Origin: Patescibacteria group bacterium | GTDB taxonomy: Bacteria; Patescibacteriota; Patescibacteriia; Buchananbacterales; UBA6539 | Length of the DNA: 64,000 nt | Direction: 5' to 3' | Assembly (NCBI GenBank): GCA_034003985.1 | Contig: JAVEXP010000001.1 | Coordinates: 236,190-300,189 of the forward strand | In this document: one piece after another, positions 18,008-27,626 of the stretch | How the letters are laid out: each line of letters opens with the position of its first letter | Numbering within the stretch: the first letter of the stretch is position 1 | The notes under the pieces: generated by a model | Databases searched by the model: none | Seen by the model: the letters and a program-made list of their open reading frames with translations, nothing else | Told to the model about the DNA's origin: nothing | Made by a program: the position numbers and the translations under genes

Positions 18008-18961
18008 TTATTTATTTGATCGCAATTTTTCCCAGGTTACCAACAGCGGACTGGCAAGAAAAATGGAAGAGTAAGTACCAACTGATATGCCGATGATCAA
18101 CGCCAGGACAAAATCGCGAATCGTTTGACCCCCAAACATCAGAATTGCAAACAAAACCAAAAGGGTGGTAAAGGAAGCATTGATTGAACGGGTGATAACT
18201 TCGTTGACGCTTTCTTCGACGATCTCTTCAAAATCCTGTCCCAAGCGCCGGACCAGATTTTCCCTGGTTCGGTCAAAAACGACAATTGTATCATTTACCG
18301 AATAACCAAGAATAGTCAGGAGGGCGGCGACAAATGGCGCATTGACTTCAATATTATAGAATTGACCTAATAGAATAAATACGCCAATGGTAATCATGAT
18401 ATCGTGGCCCAGGGCAATGACGGCGATAACCCCGTATTTCCAAGATGCCACCGGTTTTGATATTTTTCTGAAAGCCCAGGCGATGTAGACAATAATTGCC
18501 AAAATGACAATAATGGTGGCCCAGATGGTTTTTTCTCGCAATTCCTGGCCGATAACCGGACCGATTGAATCGAATTGTTTTTCTTCAAGAACCTTGGTTT
18601 GGAAATTGATGTTTATGCCCTCAAGATCAGATTCAATCTCGGGAGTATTAGGGCGCAATGACTGTTCAAGCGCGTCAATGATTTGCTGATGAGTTGTTTC
18701 ATCGATTTCTTTAAATCTTAAAATTAGCCCGGACTCACCTACTGGTTGAACGGTAATATTACCAATTCCCAATGGACTAAGAATCTCTTCAACTTTGGCG
18801 TTTGTTGGGCGGCTGACCAAAAAATCTAATTCCATCAAGGTTCCACCGGTAAAATCAATTCCCGGTTTAAGGCCGAAAATCAAAAAAGAAATGACAGACC
18901 CAAAGACTAATATACCCGATATGGAAAACCAAATTTTTCGTTTTTTAATCAAGGAAAACAT
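18008..18961 (-). CDS. secF: Protein translocase subunit SecF
   Basis: GIDFTGG, IGPVIG, HDIMIT and GYSVNDTIVVFDR motifs. Confidence 0.96.
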   Translation of the reverse strand: MFSLIKKRKIWFSISGILVFGSVISFLIFGLKPGIDFTGGTLMELDFLVSRPTNAKVEEILSPLGIGNITVQPVGESGLILRFKEIDETTHQQIIDALEQSLRPNTPEIESDLEGININFQTKVLEEKQFDSIGPVIGQELREKTIWATIIVILAIIVYIAWAFRKISKPVASWKYGVIAVIALGHDIMITIGVFILLGQFYNIEVNAPFVAALLTILGYSVNDTIVVFDRTRENLVRRLGQDFEEIVEESVNEVITRSINASFTTLLVLFAILMFGGQTIRDFVLALIIGISVGTYSSIFLASPLLVTWEKLRSNK

Positions 18962-18963
18962 AT

Positions 18964-20649
18964 TTATTGTTTTTTCTTTGTCCCAAATAACCAGGGGCGG
19001 TTTAAGAATTTTATTCCCAAAATAATGTTTAGCAGGGATTTAGTCACAATCATGGCTGAAAACATGCTGATTAGAATACCAATAGATAAAGTGACGGCAA
19101 ATCCCTTGACTAAACTGGTGGTAAATCCCATCAGGATAAAACAAGTAATCAGAGTTGAGATATTGCCGTCAAAAATTGACGGCCAGGCTCTTTTGAATCC
19201 TTCATTTAGAGCAATGGTTAGGGGTTTGCCATTCTTTATTTCTTCTTTAAATCTTTCAAAAATCAGAATATTGGCGTCGACGGCCATACCGATGGATAAA
19301 ATAAAACCAGCAATTCCAGCCAAGGTCAGGGTTACCGGAATCATTTTAAAAACTGCCAGGATTATCAAGCCGTATATTAGCAGACTAGATACCGCCAACA
19401 GTCCGGGCAAGCGATAATAAAGAATCATGAAAATTGAAATAAGAATCAGGCCAATAATCCCGGCTCGCAGGCTTTTGGTAACTGACTCGTTGCCTAGTGA
19501 AGCACCAATAGTTTGCTGGGATATTAGATTAATCGGCACTGGCAAGGCGCCGGCGTTCAGGCGCTGAGCCAACAGTTTGGCTTCACTGATTGTAAAATTG
19601 CCGCTAATTACCGCCCGGCCGTCTGTAATTGCACTTTGGACAGTTGGCGTACTGATTGCGGTGCCGTCCAGAAAAATGGCAACCGGTCGGCCAATATTGT
19701 TTTTGGTGATTTCACCGAATAAATCTTTGCCCTCGTTATTGAATTCCAAAGCGACTTGCGGTGCCTGGGTATTGGGATCAAATTCAACCTGCGCTTTTTT
19801 GAGCTGAGTCCCGGTTAGTCCGGTGTATAGCCATTCATCATTCGGTGAACGGTAGTAGTCCGGGGTTCTTTTAAGAATTAGAATATGACGACAGCGGGTT
19901 TGAAAGTTTCCCGACTCATCTTCTTGTTCGGCTTCTTTTTTGATAATATGGTAACCAAAATCGGTTTCCACTAATTGAGGGGCAATTTGACCGACGGTTA
20001 GATCGTCAAAACAGCCTTTTTCGAACTCCGGAACAAACATTCCTCGGCTGACAAACCCCAGATCCCCTCCCTCGGTGGCGCTGCCGGCGTCTTCGCTTTG
20101 ATTTTTGGCAATTTCGGCAAATTGATCGGGGTTTTTAACAACCTCATTAAGAATATTTTGAGCCTTGGTAAGGGCTTGAGTATTATAATTATTTAGCTCT
20201 TGTTGCTGTTCGGGGGCAATATCAACGGTGGGATTCGGATTTAGCTCCTTGAATTCCAATAGCGGTGTTTCGCCAATCATACCGATGGCCTGATTAACAT
20301 CGGTGACCCCCGCTAATTCGACAATAATTCGCCAGCTATCCCCGGCTTTGGTAGTTTGAACCAAGGGTTCGGCCACGCCAAAAGAGTTTACTCGCCGTTC
20401 AATAACATCTCGGACTCCTTCAACGGCGCTATTGGCTTCTGAATTTGGTATCTGCGAAAGGTCGGCTTCATAAATCAAGTGGGTGCCACCTTGTAAGTCC
20501 AACCCCAAATGAAAAGGCAGGTCAAAGAAATCAGGAAGGGGTAGTCCAGTTTTTTTGATTTGACCGGAAAAATCTAAAAAGATTGCCAGTACGGTGATAA
20601 TGACAATCCCTAAGAAAGTCAAGCGATTTTTGTTTCTTTGTCCTATCAT
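18964..20649 (-). CDS. secD: Protein translocase subunit SecD with an inserted parvulin PPIase domain
   Basis: LGLDLQGG, RRVNSFGVAEP, LNAGALP and GMAVDANILIFER motifs; insert SED..GGDLGF..FVPEFE..FGYHIIK. Confidence 0.95.
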   Translation of the reverse strand: MIGQRNKNRLTFLGIVIITVLAIFLDFSGQIKKTGLPLPDFFDLPFHLGLDLQGGTHLIYEADLSQIPNSEANSAVEGVRDVIERRVNSFGVAEPLVQTTKAGDSWRIIVELAGVTDVNQAIGMIGETPLLEFKELNPNPTVDIAPEQQQELNNYNTQALTKAQNILNEVVKNPDQFAEIAKNQSEDAGSATEGGDLGFVSRGMFVPEFEKGCFDDLTVGQIAPQLVETDFGYHIIKKEAEQEDESGNFQTRCRHILILKRTPDYYRSPNDEWLYTGLTGTQLKKAQVEFDPNTQAPQVALEFNNEGKDLFGEITKNNIGRPVAIFLDGTAISTPTVQSAITDGRAVISGNFTISEAKLLAQRLNAGALPVPINLISQQTIGASLGNESVTKSLRAGIIGLILISIFMILYYRLPGLLAVSSLLIYGLIILAVFKMIPVTLTLAGIAGFILSIGMAVDANILIFERFKEEIKNGKPLTIALNEGFKRAWPSIFDGNISTLITCFILMGFTTSLVKGFAVTLSIGILISMFSAMIVTKSLLNIILGIKFLNRPWLFGTKKKQ

Positions 20650-20705
20650 ATTATAGAGATAAAAACATTTTAGCAAACAGTCTATTTTTTTTCAAGTCCG
20701 GGGTT

Positions 20706-22091
20706 TTAGTCGTTTTTTTGTTTTCTAAGGATATAATAACGGTTGTTGATTTCAATTAGTTCGTATTTTTTAGTTTGTTGATAAGCTTCCAGATATCGGT
20801 CAAAGCTTTCCTGGCTCGGAAAGCCAAATAAGTCCTGGCTGTCCATAATAACATAGTCAGCCAGTGTCTTTTCTTCCCCAGTCATTGCAATTGATTCCCG
20901 GTGAGTAAGATGAGCAACTAAATTGGTTTGAGCGGCCACGGAGGCGTCCGGTGGTATTAAACTAATGATTTTTTGATAGTCTTTGATTTTTGGATCAATA
21001 AATTTTTTCCAAGGGAAATTGATTGGGCTCAGCGGTGAGGTCCAAGCCATGGCAAAAATTGCCGTGGCAACCAAGCATTTGGTCGTGGTTTTTGACCATT
21101 GATTTCTGGCTTGAAATTTAGCAATAGCAATTACGGTTCCAATAAAAATGAACGGTATAAGAATGCTGTCATATTGATAGAAATTAACATATTGCAGTTG
21201 GAAGTTGGTCAGGAGGTTTTGCAATAGTCCGGGAGTCAAAAGAATTAGGCCGTCTAGGCTTAGTAAGGCAAGAAATCCGACAGGCAGGAATAATTTGATT
21301 AGGTAAGTAAATTTGCTCCAGGCAAATATTGTCTGCCAGGTCAGAGCCGGTTGAGTGATAACATTGATAATTATTTCACTGGCGTTGCCGCCAAATTGTG
21401 AATAGCGATCAAGTCGGACGATTCCTCCACCAAACCAGGGCATAATTATTTTGGCTACTAAGATAAAATAAATCAGGCTTAAAATTGAAACGGCCGCACC
21501 ATATTTTTGATTTTTAAAAAAAAGAATATATATCCCGACGAAGAAAACCGCTACAATCATATTTTCGGCAACGCTAGCAGTAAAAATTAAAAAAACCGAT
21601 GTCCAAAAATATTTTTTTTCTTCTAGGAAATAGAAGGCGGTAAATATTAACGGGATGGCGAACGGCACAGCGTGAAAATCAAACAAGTTGACCCATTGGA
21701 GTGATGGATGAATCAGATATAACCCGGCGATCAAAGTGCCAGCGGATTGGCCGATGATTTTTCGGGCGTAGAGGTAAAGTGGCCAAGCACCGAGGGCAAG
21801 AGCTAATGATTGAATAATTAAAAGCAGATAAGGACTTTGCCAAAAATAGTAGAACGGTACAATTAAAAATAGAAAAGGACTGAAATGAATGGCAAAGTGA
21901 CTTCCATTTTCAAAATTATTGAACATTATTTTACCGTGGACGGTATTGTAAAAAGATTGTTCAAATACCGCCAAATCCCAGGTTTGAGTTTGAAAAGTGT
22001 AGTGTCTGGCGCAACTAATCAGCGAGAATACTAAAAAATACAGCAGTGTAATAATAATAATTTTTTTGTATTTTTTGATAATCTTTCCCAT
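20706..22091 (-). CDS. DUF2079-like polytopic membrane protein (GT-C-like)
   Basis: WDLAVFEQ, HFSPFL and FDFH motifs; many TM segments. Confidence 0.7.
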   Translation of the reverse strand: MGKIIKKYKKIIIITLLYFLVFSLISCARHYTFQTQTWDLAVFEQSFYNTVHGKIMFNNFENGSHFAIHFSPFLFLIVPFYYFWQSPYLLLIIQSLALALGAWPLYLYARKIIGQSAGTLIAGLYLIHPSLQWVNLFDFHAVPFAIPLIFTAFYFLEEKKYFWTSVFLIFTASVAENMIVAVFFVGIYILFFKNQKYGAAVSILSLIYFILVAKIIMPWFGGGIVRLDRYSQFGGNASEIIINVITQPALTWQTIFAWSKFTYLIKLFLPVGFLALLSLDGLILLTPGLLQNLLTNFQLQYVNFYQYDSILIPFIFIGTVIAIAKFQARNQWSKTTTKCLVATAIFAMAWTSPLSPINFPWKKFIDPKIKDYQKIISLIPPDASVAAQTNLVAHLTHRESIAMTGEEKTLADYVIMDSQDLFGFPSQESFDRYLEAYQQTKKYELIEINNRYYILRKQKND

Positions 22092-22206
22092 ACACAGGTT
22101 TTTCACAAAAAAACTTGACAAGGGTTTTGGTTTTTTTCAAAAAAAAATGACTTAAAAAACACGGTGGATAACTTTAATGCGCCGAAATTTATTCTGAATA
22201 CAATTT

Positions 22207-22809
22207 TTATTCATTGGCTATTTGTTTAATAAAATCAGCCAGTTTTTTTAAGCCCAAAGATCGATGACTGATTTTATTTTTTTGAAACTTTGTCATTTGG
22301 GCAAAAGTTTTCTTTTGACCAATGGGCAAAAAGATGGAATCATAAGGTAAGTGCTTGGCAATTTTACCTCGCGGCGTCTTGGTTAAATTCCCTTTAATTT
22401 TTCCTTCAAAAGTATAAATTTTTCCGTTTGGAGAAGTTAAAGCCACAACGGTTTTAAAATAAGCTTGCCGGTTTTGTTGCGGCAGGTCTTTTAATTTTTT
22501 TAGAGTGAAATCAATCAGACCTTTGCCATTAACATTTTTTCCGGCCCAACGGGCGGTGTGAACGCCTGGGCGATTTTTTAAGGCCTTGATAAATAATCCG
22601 GTGTCGTCGGCCAAAGACCACTGCTTAGTTCTTGTGGAAACATATTTGGCTTTTTTGACGGCATTGGCTTTTAAAGTTTTACCGTCTTCATTGACTTGGC
22701 CAACTATCCCGGCTTGGGTACTACTGACTATATCAAGGTTCGTATTTTTAAGAATTTTTTTTATTTCCTTTAGCTTTCCTTGGTTGGCAGTCGCAATAAT
22801 TATTTTCAT
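22207..22809 (-). CDS. rdgB: Ham1/RdgB non-canonical purine NTP pyrophosphatase
   Basis: ATANQGKLKE, ADDTGL, PGVHTARW and KNKISHR motifs. Confidence 0.9.
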   Translation of the reverse strand: MKIIIATANQGKLKEIKKILKNTNLDIVSSTQAGIVGQVNEDGKTLKANAVKKAKYVSTRTKQWSLADDTGLFIKALKNRPGVHTARWAGKNVNGKGLIDFTLKKLKDLPQQNRQAYFKTVVALTSPNGKIYTFEGKIKGNLTKTPRGKIAKHLPYDSIFLPIGQKKTFAQMTKFQKNKISHRSLGLKKLADFIKQIANE

Positions 22810-23210
22810 ATTTTAAAATTGGCAATAATGCCGAAAGCTTCGGCCGTTTGAACTAGCTTGATTGGTTTGATCAAATTTCTAACTTCTATCGCGGCTTTGA
22901 CTCTTCGGCCATACCCAATGGCTTCAATTTCGGTGGTACTTGCTGTCTTGAAATAATAATAATTTAAACACAAATTTTGGTGACGCGATATTTCAATCAA
23001 TTCTTCTAACCAGTCAGTTAGTAAGCTTTTAAAGTCTTTGGTTTTGATCCTGATTTTCTTTTTAATTTCATATTCACTTATTTCAATTTGTCGGGGGTAG
23101 ACGAATGTCATTAACGCTAATGCCGAGTTGGATAATAATTCTTGACGGTTAAACCCAAAAGCCTGAATTTTTAAATTTTTTTGATCATCAATAAAAATAA
23201 AGTCAGTCAT
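22806..23210 (-). CDS. Archease-like protein (degenerate motifs)
   Basis: Size and pattern (IQAFG...ELLSNSALALM...LLTDWLEELI) resemble archease, but the HTAD and KAxTYH motifs are absent. Confidence 0.6.
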   Translation of the reverse strand: MTDFIFIDDQKNLKIQAFGFNRQELLSNSALALMTFVYPRQIEISEYEIKKKIRIKTKDFKSLLTDWLEELIEISRHQNLCLNYYYFKTASTTEIEAIGYGRRVKAAIEVRNLIKPIKLVQTAEAFGIIANFKI

Positions 23211-23240
23211 AGTTATTTCATTATAGCATATTAGCTATTA

Positions 23241-23270
23241 AAAAAATCCGGTCGACGAAACCGGATTTTT
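23241..23270. terminator. Terminator after the SPFH gene
   Basis: AAAAATCCGGT/ACCGGATTTTT inverted repeat. Confidence 0.75.
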
Positions 23271-23278
23271 CAAAATGA

Positions 23279-23839
23279 TTAATACACTTCTTTGAGGAGG
23301 ACATTTTCAACAAATATGCCGCGAGGATACAAGATTCTTTCTAATTCTTGGCGAGAGTTAATTTCAACATCGGCTCGGTGAGTGGCGGTGATTTCTTTCA
23401 GATCGTACTTTGCGGCAATCATTCGAAGTCGGCTTTGGATGGTAGGACGGACTATCTTTTCGACAAACTTTTCGCCAATGCTTTGCCAAATTTCAGGAAT
23501 CTGTTCCTGATCTAGTCGTAGCAGAATTGTTCCTTCAATAGAAACTTTTTTTCCATCCTTGGTGGTGGCAATGATTGGTTGATCACCTAGCATCTCAGGC
23601 CGATCAGTATCAAATTTTTTGCTAATGTCATACTCCAGGGTTTGGGTGTTGAATAATTTCGCTTTTTGCCAGAACGGTATTTTTAGATGTAATCCCGGTT
23701 TATAAATTTTTTTCAATACTCCCCTGCCCAAATCATAAACGCAGCCAACATAGCCGGGAGGAACATGAATAAAAAATCCTTTTAGAACATCTTCGACTAC
23801 AAACGAATACATTAGTTTATCAATACCTTCATCGGACAT
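23279..23839 (-). CDS. SPFH/prohibitin-domain protein (short)
   Basis: VPPGYVG..PGLHLKIPFWQ, ATTKDG and IFVENVLLKEV motifs. Confidence 0.85.
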   Translation of the reverse strand: MSDEGIDKLMYSFVVEDVLKGFFIHVPPGYVGCVYDLGRGVLKKIYKPGLHLKIPFWQKAKLFNTQTLEYDISKKFDTDRPEMLGDQPIIATTKDGKKVSIEGTILLRLDQEQIPEIWQSIGEKFVEKIVRPTIQSRLRMIAAKYDLKEITATHRADVEINSRQELERILYPRGIFVENVLLKEVY

Positions 23840-23848
23840 ATTTTTAAT

Positions 23849-24568
23849 TTAATTATTGGATTTTTTGGTCTGTTTGATTGAAAATTTAACCAAGGCGGTG
23901 ATTGAAGATATTATAGAAGAAAATACCAAGGATGTCAAAATAAAGATTGACTTTACGGAAGGCAAAATCGCCAACAAAACAAAGATTGAAGCGGGAAATA
24001 GGAGACTGTAAAGTTGCTCCTGTTTGGAAACTCTGCCGCGGCGTTCCCAAAAATTAATCAGGATTTCCGCAAAAAGATAGCCGGCGACAACCGCCGCCAT
24101 AAAGAGATTATGTTGGCCGATGTCTAAAAATAAAAATTTGGTATTAATAAAGTCCGGACGAGTGATGCTGGGATAAAGCAGATGAAGCTTGGCTTCACTG
24201 TTTATTCCTCCGACAAAAACTTGATAAAGCAAAACCAAGACCAAAAATTGCACTCCTAAAACAATGGCTTTGGCCCAAGGATGAAGCTTTCTTTTTTTTA
24301 AAGCCAGTCTGATCAGTTCTTTTTGCTTGACGGTATCACCGGTAAAATCTTTTCTAATCTTGGAAATTTCCTCCGATAATTGACTGCCGACAATTTTACT
24401 TTTCTCCGTCAGGATGGTGAATGGCAATAAAGCGATTCGCAGCATAATGGTGAGAATAATGACTGCCAATCCCAAATTAAAAAAGGCGTAGTTGATATAC
24501 AACCAAACCAAAAAATTAAACAGTGGTATATAGAGGTAGTATTCCCAAATGTAGGAAAATATTTCCAT
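23849..24568 (-). CDS. YidC/Oxa1-family membrane insertase (divergent, short)
   Basis: LYIPLFNFL..NLGLAVIILTIMLRIALLP, cytoplasmic helical hairpin, VQFLVL..LYQVF. Start set to the ATG downstream of tRNA-Gln. Confidence 0.8.
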   Translation of the reverse strand: MEIFSYIWEYYLYIPLFNFLVWLYINYAFFNLGLAVIILTIMLRIALLPFTILTEKSKIVGSQLSEEISKIRKDFTGDTVKQKELIRLALKKRKLHPWAKAIVLGVQFLVLVLLYQVFVGGINSEAKLHLLYPSITRPDFINTKFLFLDIGQHNLFMAAVVAGYLFAEILINFWERRGRVSKQEQLYSLLFPASIFVLLAILPSVKSIFILTSLVFSSIISSITALVKFSIKQTKKSNN

Positions 24569-24595
24569 GTAATTGTTTTTCTTTCCTCGCCACAG

Positions 24596-24666
24596 CTCGG
24601 AGGCCAGGGCTCGAACCTGGATTGACGGGACCAAAACCCGCTGTCCTACCATTAGACGACCTCCGA
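24596..24666 (-). tRNA. tRNA-Gln(UUG)
   Basis: Acceptor stem TCGGAGG/CCTCCGA, anticodon loop TT-TTG-GT, T-loop TTCGAGC; no encoded CCA. Confidence 0.95.
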
Positions 24667-24742
24667 ACAGTGGCGCCGAAATTATTACAACCGTTAACTT
24701 TAATGTAAAACTGCCGTTTTGTCAATTCGCCGTCTTTTCGTT

Positions 24743-25660
24743 TTAAACTTTCAGGTATCTTCTAATGGCAATGCTGCTAGTGATGATATTTAACAAAATT
24801 ATTATTAACAGTTCAACACCGAATATCTGCCAAAAATTATGGTTGAAATAGGCAATAATATCAAGTTGGTCGGTTAAGAAAAAATTGTTGATATAAGGCT
24901 GAATGAGATTAAGGAATGGATAAATAATTGACAATGATATCGCTAGAGCGATTAGACCGTAGAAGGCACCTTCAATGATGAACGGCGCGCGGATAAAATG
25001 ATCGGTAGCACCGACCAATTTCATGATGGCGATTTCTTGCCGATGGGTATAGATTGCCACCCGAATAGTATTAAAAACAATCAATAATGAAATAACAATG
25101 AAGATTCCAGAAGTGAACAAGGCGATGGTTTTAATATTATCCGAAAAGCTTTTAATTTTTTCAATGTAGGTTTGATTGTCGTCAAAATTTTTATCCAGAA
25201 TGAGATCGTTGTATTTTGAATCATTAACAATGTCGATTATCTCCGGGTAATCCTCAATATTTTTAGCTTTAATTTGGAGAGTGGCGCCGATAGGATTCTC
25301 AGACAGCTCGTTTAGAGATTCAATTATAGTCGGATCATCTTTATGGGCTTGTTTGAAATTTTCCAAAGCTTGCTGTTGCGAGATATAAGTCAGATCTTTA
25401 ACCTGGGTTAAAGATGACAGATAAGTTTCAACTTCCGAAACTTGTATTTCTGTGACATCAGGTCGAAAATATAAACTGACATCAATTTTATTTTTAATGA
25501 TTTCAATCGCGGAGTCGGTTACCACATTGATTATCAGCAAAAAATTGATGGAGACTGCCGCTAGAACAATAATGCTCAAAGTAACCAATGATAGCCAAAA
25601 GTTACGCCAAAAACTTTGCCAGGCAAAAGCTAAGATTCGGTAGATGGAATAGAATGTCAT
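24743..25660 (-). CDS. ftsX: Cell-division permease FtsX
   Basis: FNTIRVAIYTHRQEIAIMKLVGAT..IRAPFIIEG motif; follows ftsE. Confidence 0.93.
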   Translation of the reverse strand: MTFYSIYRILAFAWQSFWRNFWLSLVTLSIIVLAAVSINFLLIINVVTDSAIEIIKNKIDVSLYFRPDVTEIQVSEVETYLSSLTQVKDLTYISQQQALENFKQAHKDDPTIIESLNELSENPIGATLQIKAKNIEDYPEIIDIVNDSKYNDLILDKNFDDNQTYIEKIKSFSDNIKTIALFTSGIFIVISLLIVFNTIRVAIYTHRQEIAIMKLVGATDHFIRAPFIIEGAFYGLIALAISLSIIYPFLNLIQPYINNFFLTDQLDIIAYFNHNFWQIFGVELLIIILLNIITSSIAIRRYLKV

Positions 25661-25663
25661 ATT

Positions 25664-26344
25664 TTAGAGGAGGTACTTGCCGACTTTTTGGTCCGAGATT
25701 ATTTTCCCATTGTCGAGAGTGACGACTCGTCTGCTGATTGAATTTACAACTTCTCGATTATGAGTGACCAAAACGACGGTGGTGCCAAATTCATTAATTT
25801 TTAAAAGCAAGTCAATTATTTCCTTGGTGTTAAAAGAATCCAGGTTGCCAGTTGGTTCATCGGCGATCAGAATTTTTGGCCGGTGGACCAAAGCCCGGGC
25901 AATGGCCACTCGCTGCTGTTCTCCGCCGGAAAGCTGAATGGGATAGCGATTTTCTTTGTTGGTTAAGCTGACTATTTTAATGACCTGGGGGACAATTTCT
26001 TTGATTTTATAGCGCTGAGCACCTGAGACTTGTAGGGCGAAGGCGACATTTTCAAAAACGGTTTTTTTAGGAAGGAGCTTGAAATCTTGAAAAACTACTC
26101 CGATTTGCCGGCGTAAAATTGGTATCTCGGATTCTCGGATAGTGGTAATATCCCAGCCGCCGATAATGATATTGCCTTTGGTTGCTTTTTCTTCGGCGGT
26201 TAGCATTTTCATCAAGGTAGTTTTGCCGGTACCACTGCGGCCAACAATAGAGACAAATTCTTTGGGTTTAATGTGCAAATTGACATTATCAACGGCCACA
26301 ATATCCGGATTGTATATTTTGCTTACATTCTTGAAGATTATCAT
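25664..26344 (-). CDS. ftsE: Cell-division ATP-binding protein FtsE
   Basis: [31 protein letters not shown] and ADEPTGNLD motifs. Confidence 0.95.
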   Translation of the reverse strand: MIIFKNVSKIYNPDIVAVDNVNLHIKPKEFVSIVGRSGTGKTTLMKMLTAEEKATKGNIIIGGWDITTIRESEIPILRRQIGVVFQDFKLLPKKTVFENVAFALQVSGAQRYKIKEIVPQVIKIVSLTNKENRYPIQLSGGEQQRVAIARALVHRPKILIADEPTGNLDSFNTKEIIDLLLKINEFGTTVVLVTHNREVVNSISRRVVTLDNGKIISDQKVGKYLL

Positions 26345-26395
26345 TTAAGCTTTTGCTATTTTTTAGATTTTTGTTTATAATGCTAGATGAATTTT

Positions 26396-26468
26396 GCGGA
26401 TGTAGTTCAGCTGGTAGAACGTCTGCTTCCCAAGCAGAAGATCGCGGGTTCGAATCCCGTCATCCGCT
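26396..26468 (+). tRNA. tRNA-Gly(CCC)
   Basis: Acceptor stem GCGGATG/CATCCGC; anticodon arm TCTGC-TTCCCAA-GCAGA. Confidence 0.96.
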
Positions 26469-26477
26469 TTGACCCGC

Positions 26478-26550
26478 GCCAACGTAGCTCAGCTGGTAGA
26501 GCAGTCCCTTCGTAAGGGAAAGGTCGTGAGTTCGAATCTCACCGTTGGCT
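26478..26550 (+). tRNA. tRNA-Thr(CGU)
   Basis: Acceptor stem GCCAACG/CGTTGGC; anticodon loop TT-CGT-AA; T-loop TTCGAAT. Confidence 0.95.
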
Positions 26551-26558
26551 CTGATTGA

Positions 26559-27620
26559 TCAAAGTCTGGCCAGCCGCCAGATTTTTTTGGTATTTTTAAG
26601 TTCATTAATGTAACCGTCAAGATCTTTTCCTCGGATTAAAATATGTCGAGCCCGGATTTGAGAAACATCGCCGGAGTCATCCATTAATTTTTCTTCAACT
26701 TTTATTACATGATACCCGAATTTTGTTTTGATAATCGGACTAATTTCTCCCGGTTCAAGATTAAAGGCCGCCTGTTCGAATTCTTCGGTCATCTGGCCGA
26801 TACTGAAATAACCAAGGTCTCCGCCTTGAACTCCCGTAATATCTTCACTGTACTGTTGAGCTACAGTTTCAAAATTGACGCCAGCTTGAAGTTTAGTGAT
26901 AACCGCTTCAATGGTTTTTTTGGCCTGCTGATTGAGATTATCGTCAGTCGCTACCACCCGCGATAATTTGTCTTTCAGGAGCAATGGTTTAATGATTTCA
27001 TTTTGAAATTCGGTGATATTCCAACCGTAAAGTTCATTGATCTGTTGTTCCAGTCCTTGGGAGCTGCCAACTTCATCAATCAATTTTTGCGTTTGTTGAT
27101 CAATGTCTTGGGAGGTGACTTCAATTTGGTAACTGTTAGATATTTGATCCATGATTTTGCGATCAATCATCCTTTCCATGATATGGCGCTGGATTTCCAA
27201 AATGGTCGGTACTGCCATGTCGGGATTTTTAATTTTTTCCCGCTGATAGAAATTTGTTAAGGTGGCTATTTGGTTTTGCCATTCATAATAAGGCAGTGGC
27301 TGATAGTCCACAATAGCCACTGGGTATGGGATTATTTTGGTAATTTTTGAGATTATTGGATTGGACCATTTAAAATAGCACAAGCTAAAACCAAATGCTA
27401 TAAAGACCAACGGAATGCCAACGGCTAAAGCAATAACGATGTATTTTATTTTGGCATTGTGGCGGAAAGGTGAAGACATTGGAGGTCTCGGAGTTGGTGA
27501 CAGCTTGGTAGTTTGAATTTTAGTATTGGTTTTTTTGGCATCAACCCATTTTAAAACAGCAGCGCGGAGATGGTCAATCTCGGCATCTTGGATATTTTCT
27601 TTTTGGTTTGGTAGTAACAT
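26559..27620 (-). CDS. PrsA/SurA-like membrane-anchored foldase (parvulin PPIase)
   Basis: TM anchor, SurA-N-like helical region, YSED..GGDLGYF..FEQAAF..KFGYHVIKV. Confidence 0.88.
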   Translation of the reverse strand: MLLPNQKENIQDAEIDHLRAAVLKWVDAKKTNTKIQTTKLSPTPRPPMSSPFRHNAKIKYIVIALAVGIPLVFIAFGFSLCYFKWSNPIISKITKIIPYPVAIVDYQPLPYYEWQNQIATLTNFYQREKIKNPDMAVPTILEIQRHIMERMIDRKIMDQISNSYQIEVTSQDIDQQTQKLIDEVGSSQGLEQQINELYGWNITEFQNEIIKPLLLKDKLSRVVATDDNLNQQAKKTIEAVITKLQAGVNFETVAQQYSEDITGVQGGDLGYFSIGQMTEEFEQAAFNLEPGEISPIIKTKFGYHVIKVEEKLMDDSGDVSQIRARHILIRGKDLDGYINELKNTKKIWRLARL

Positions 27621-27626
27621 ATTGGT

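Noticed and set aside
22092-22206. AT-rich gap with a DnaA-box-like 9-mer as a possible oriC
   Set aside because: It has one imperfect box, gene strand bias does not switch, and dnaA/dnaN are not nearby.
24516-24725. ORFs over 24516-24725 and the longer yidC start at 24652
   Set aside because: They overlap tRNA-Gln and are shadow frames.
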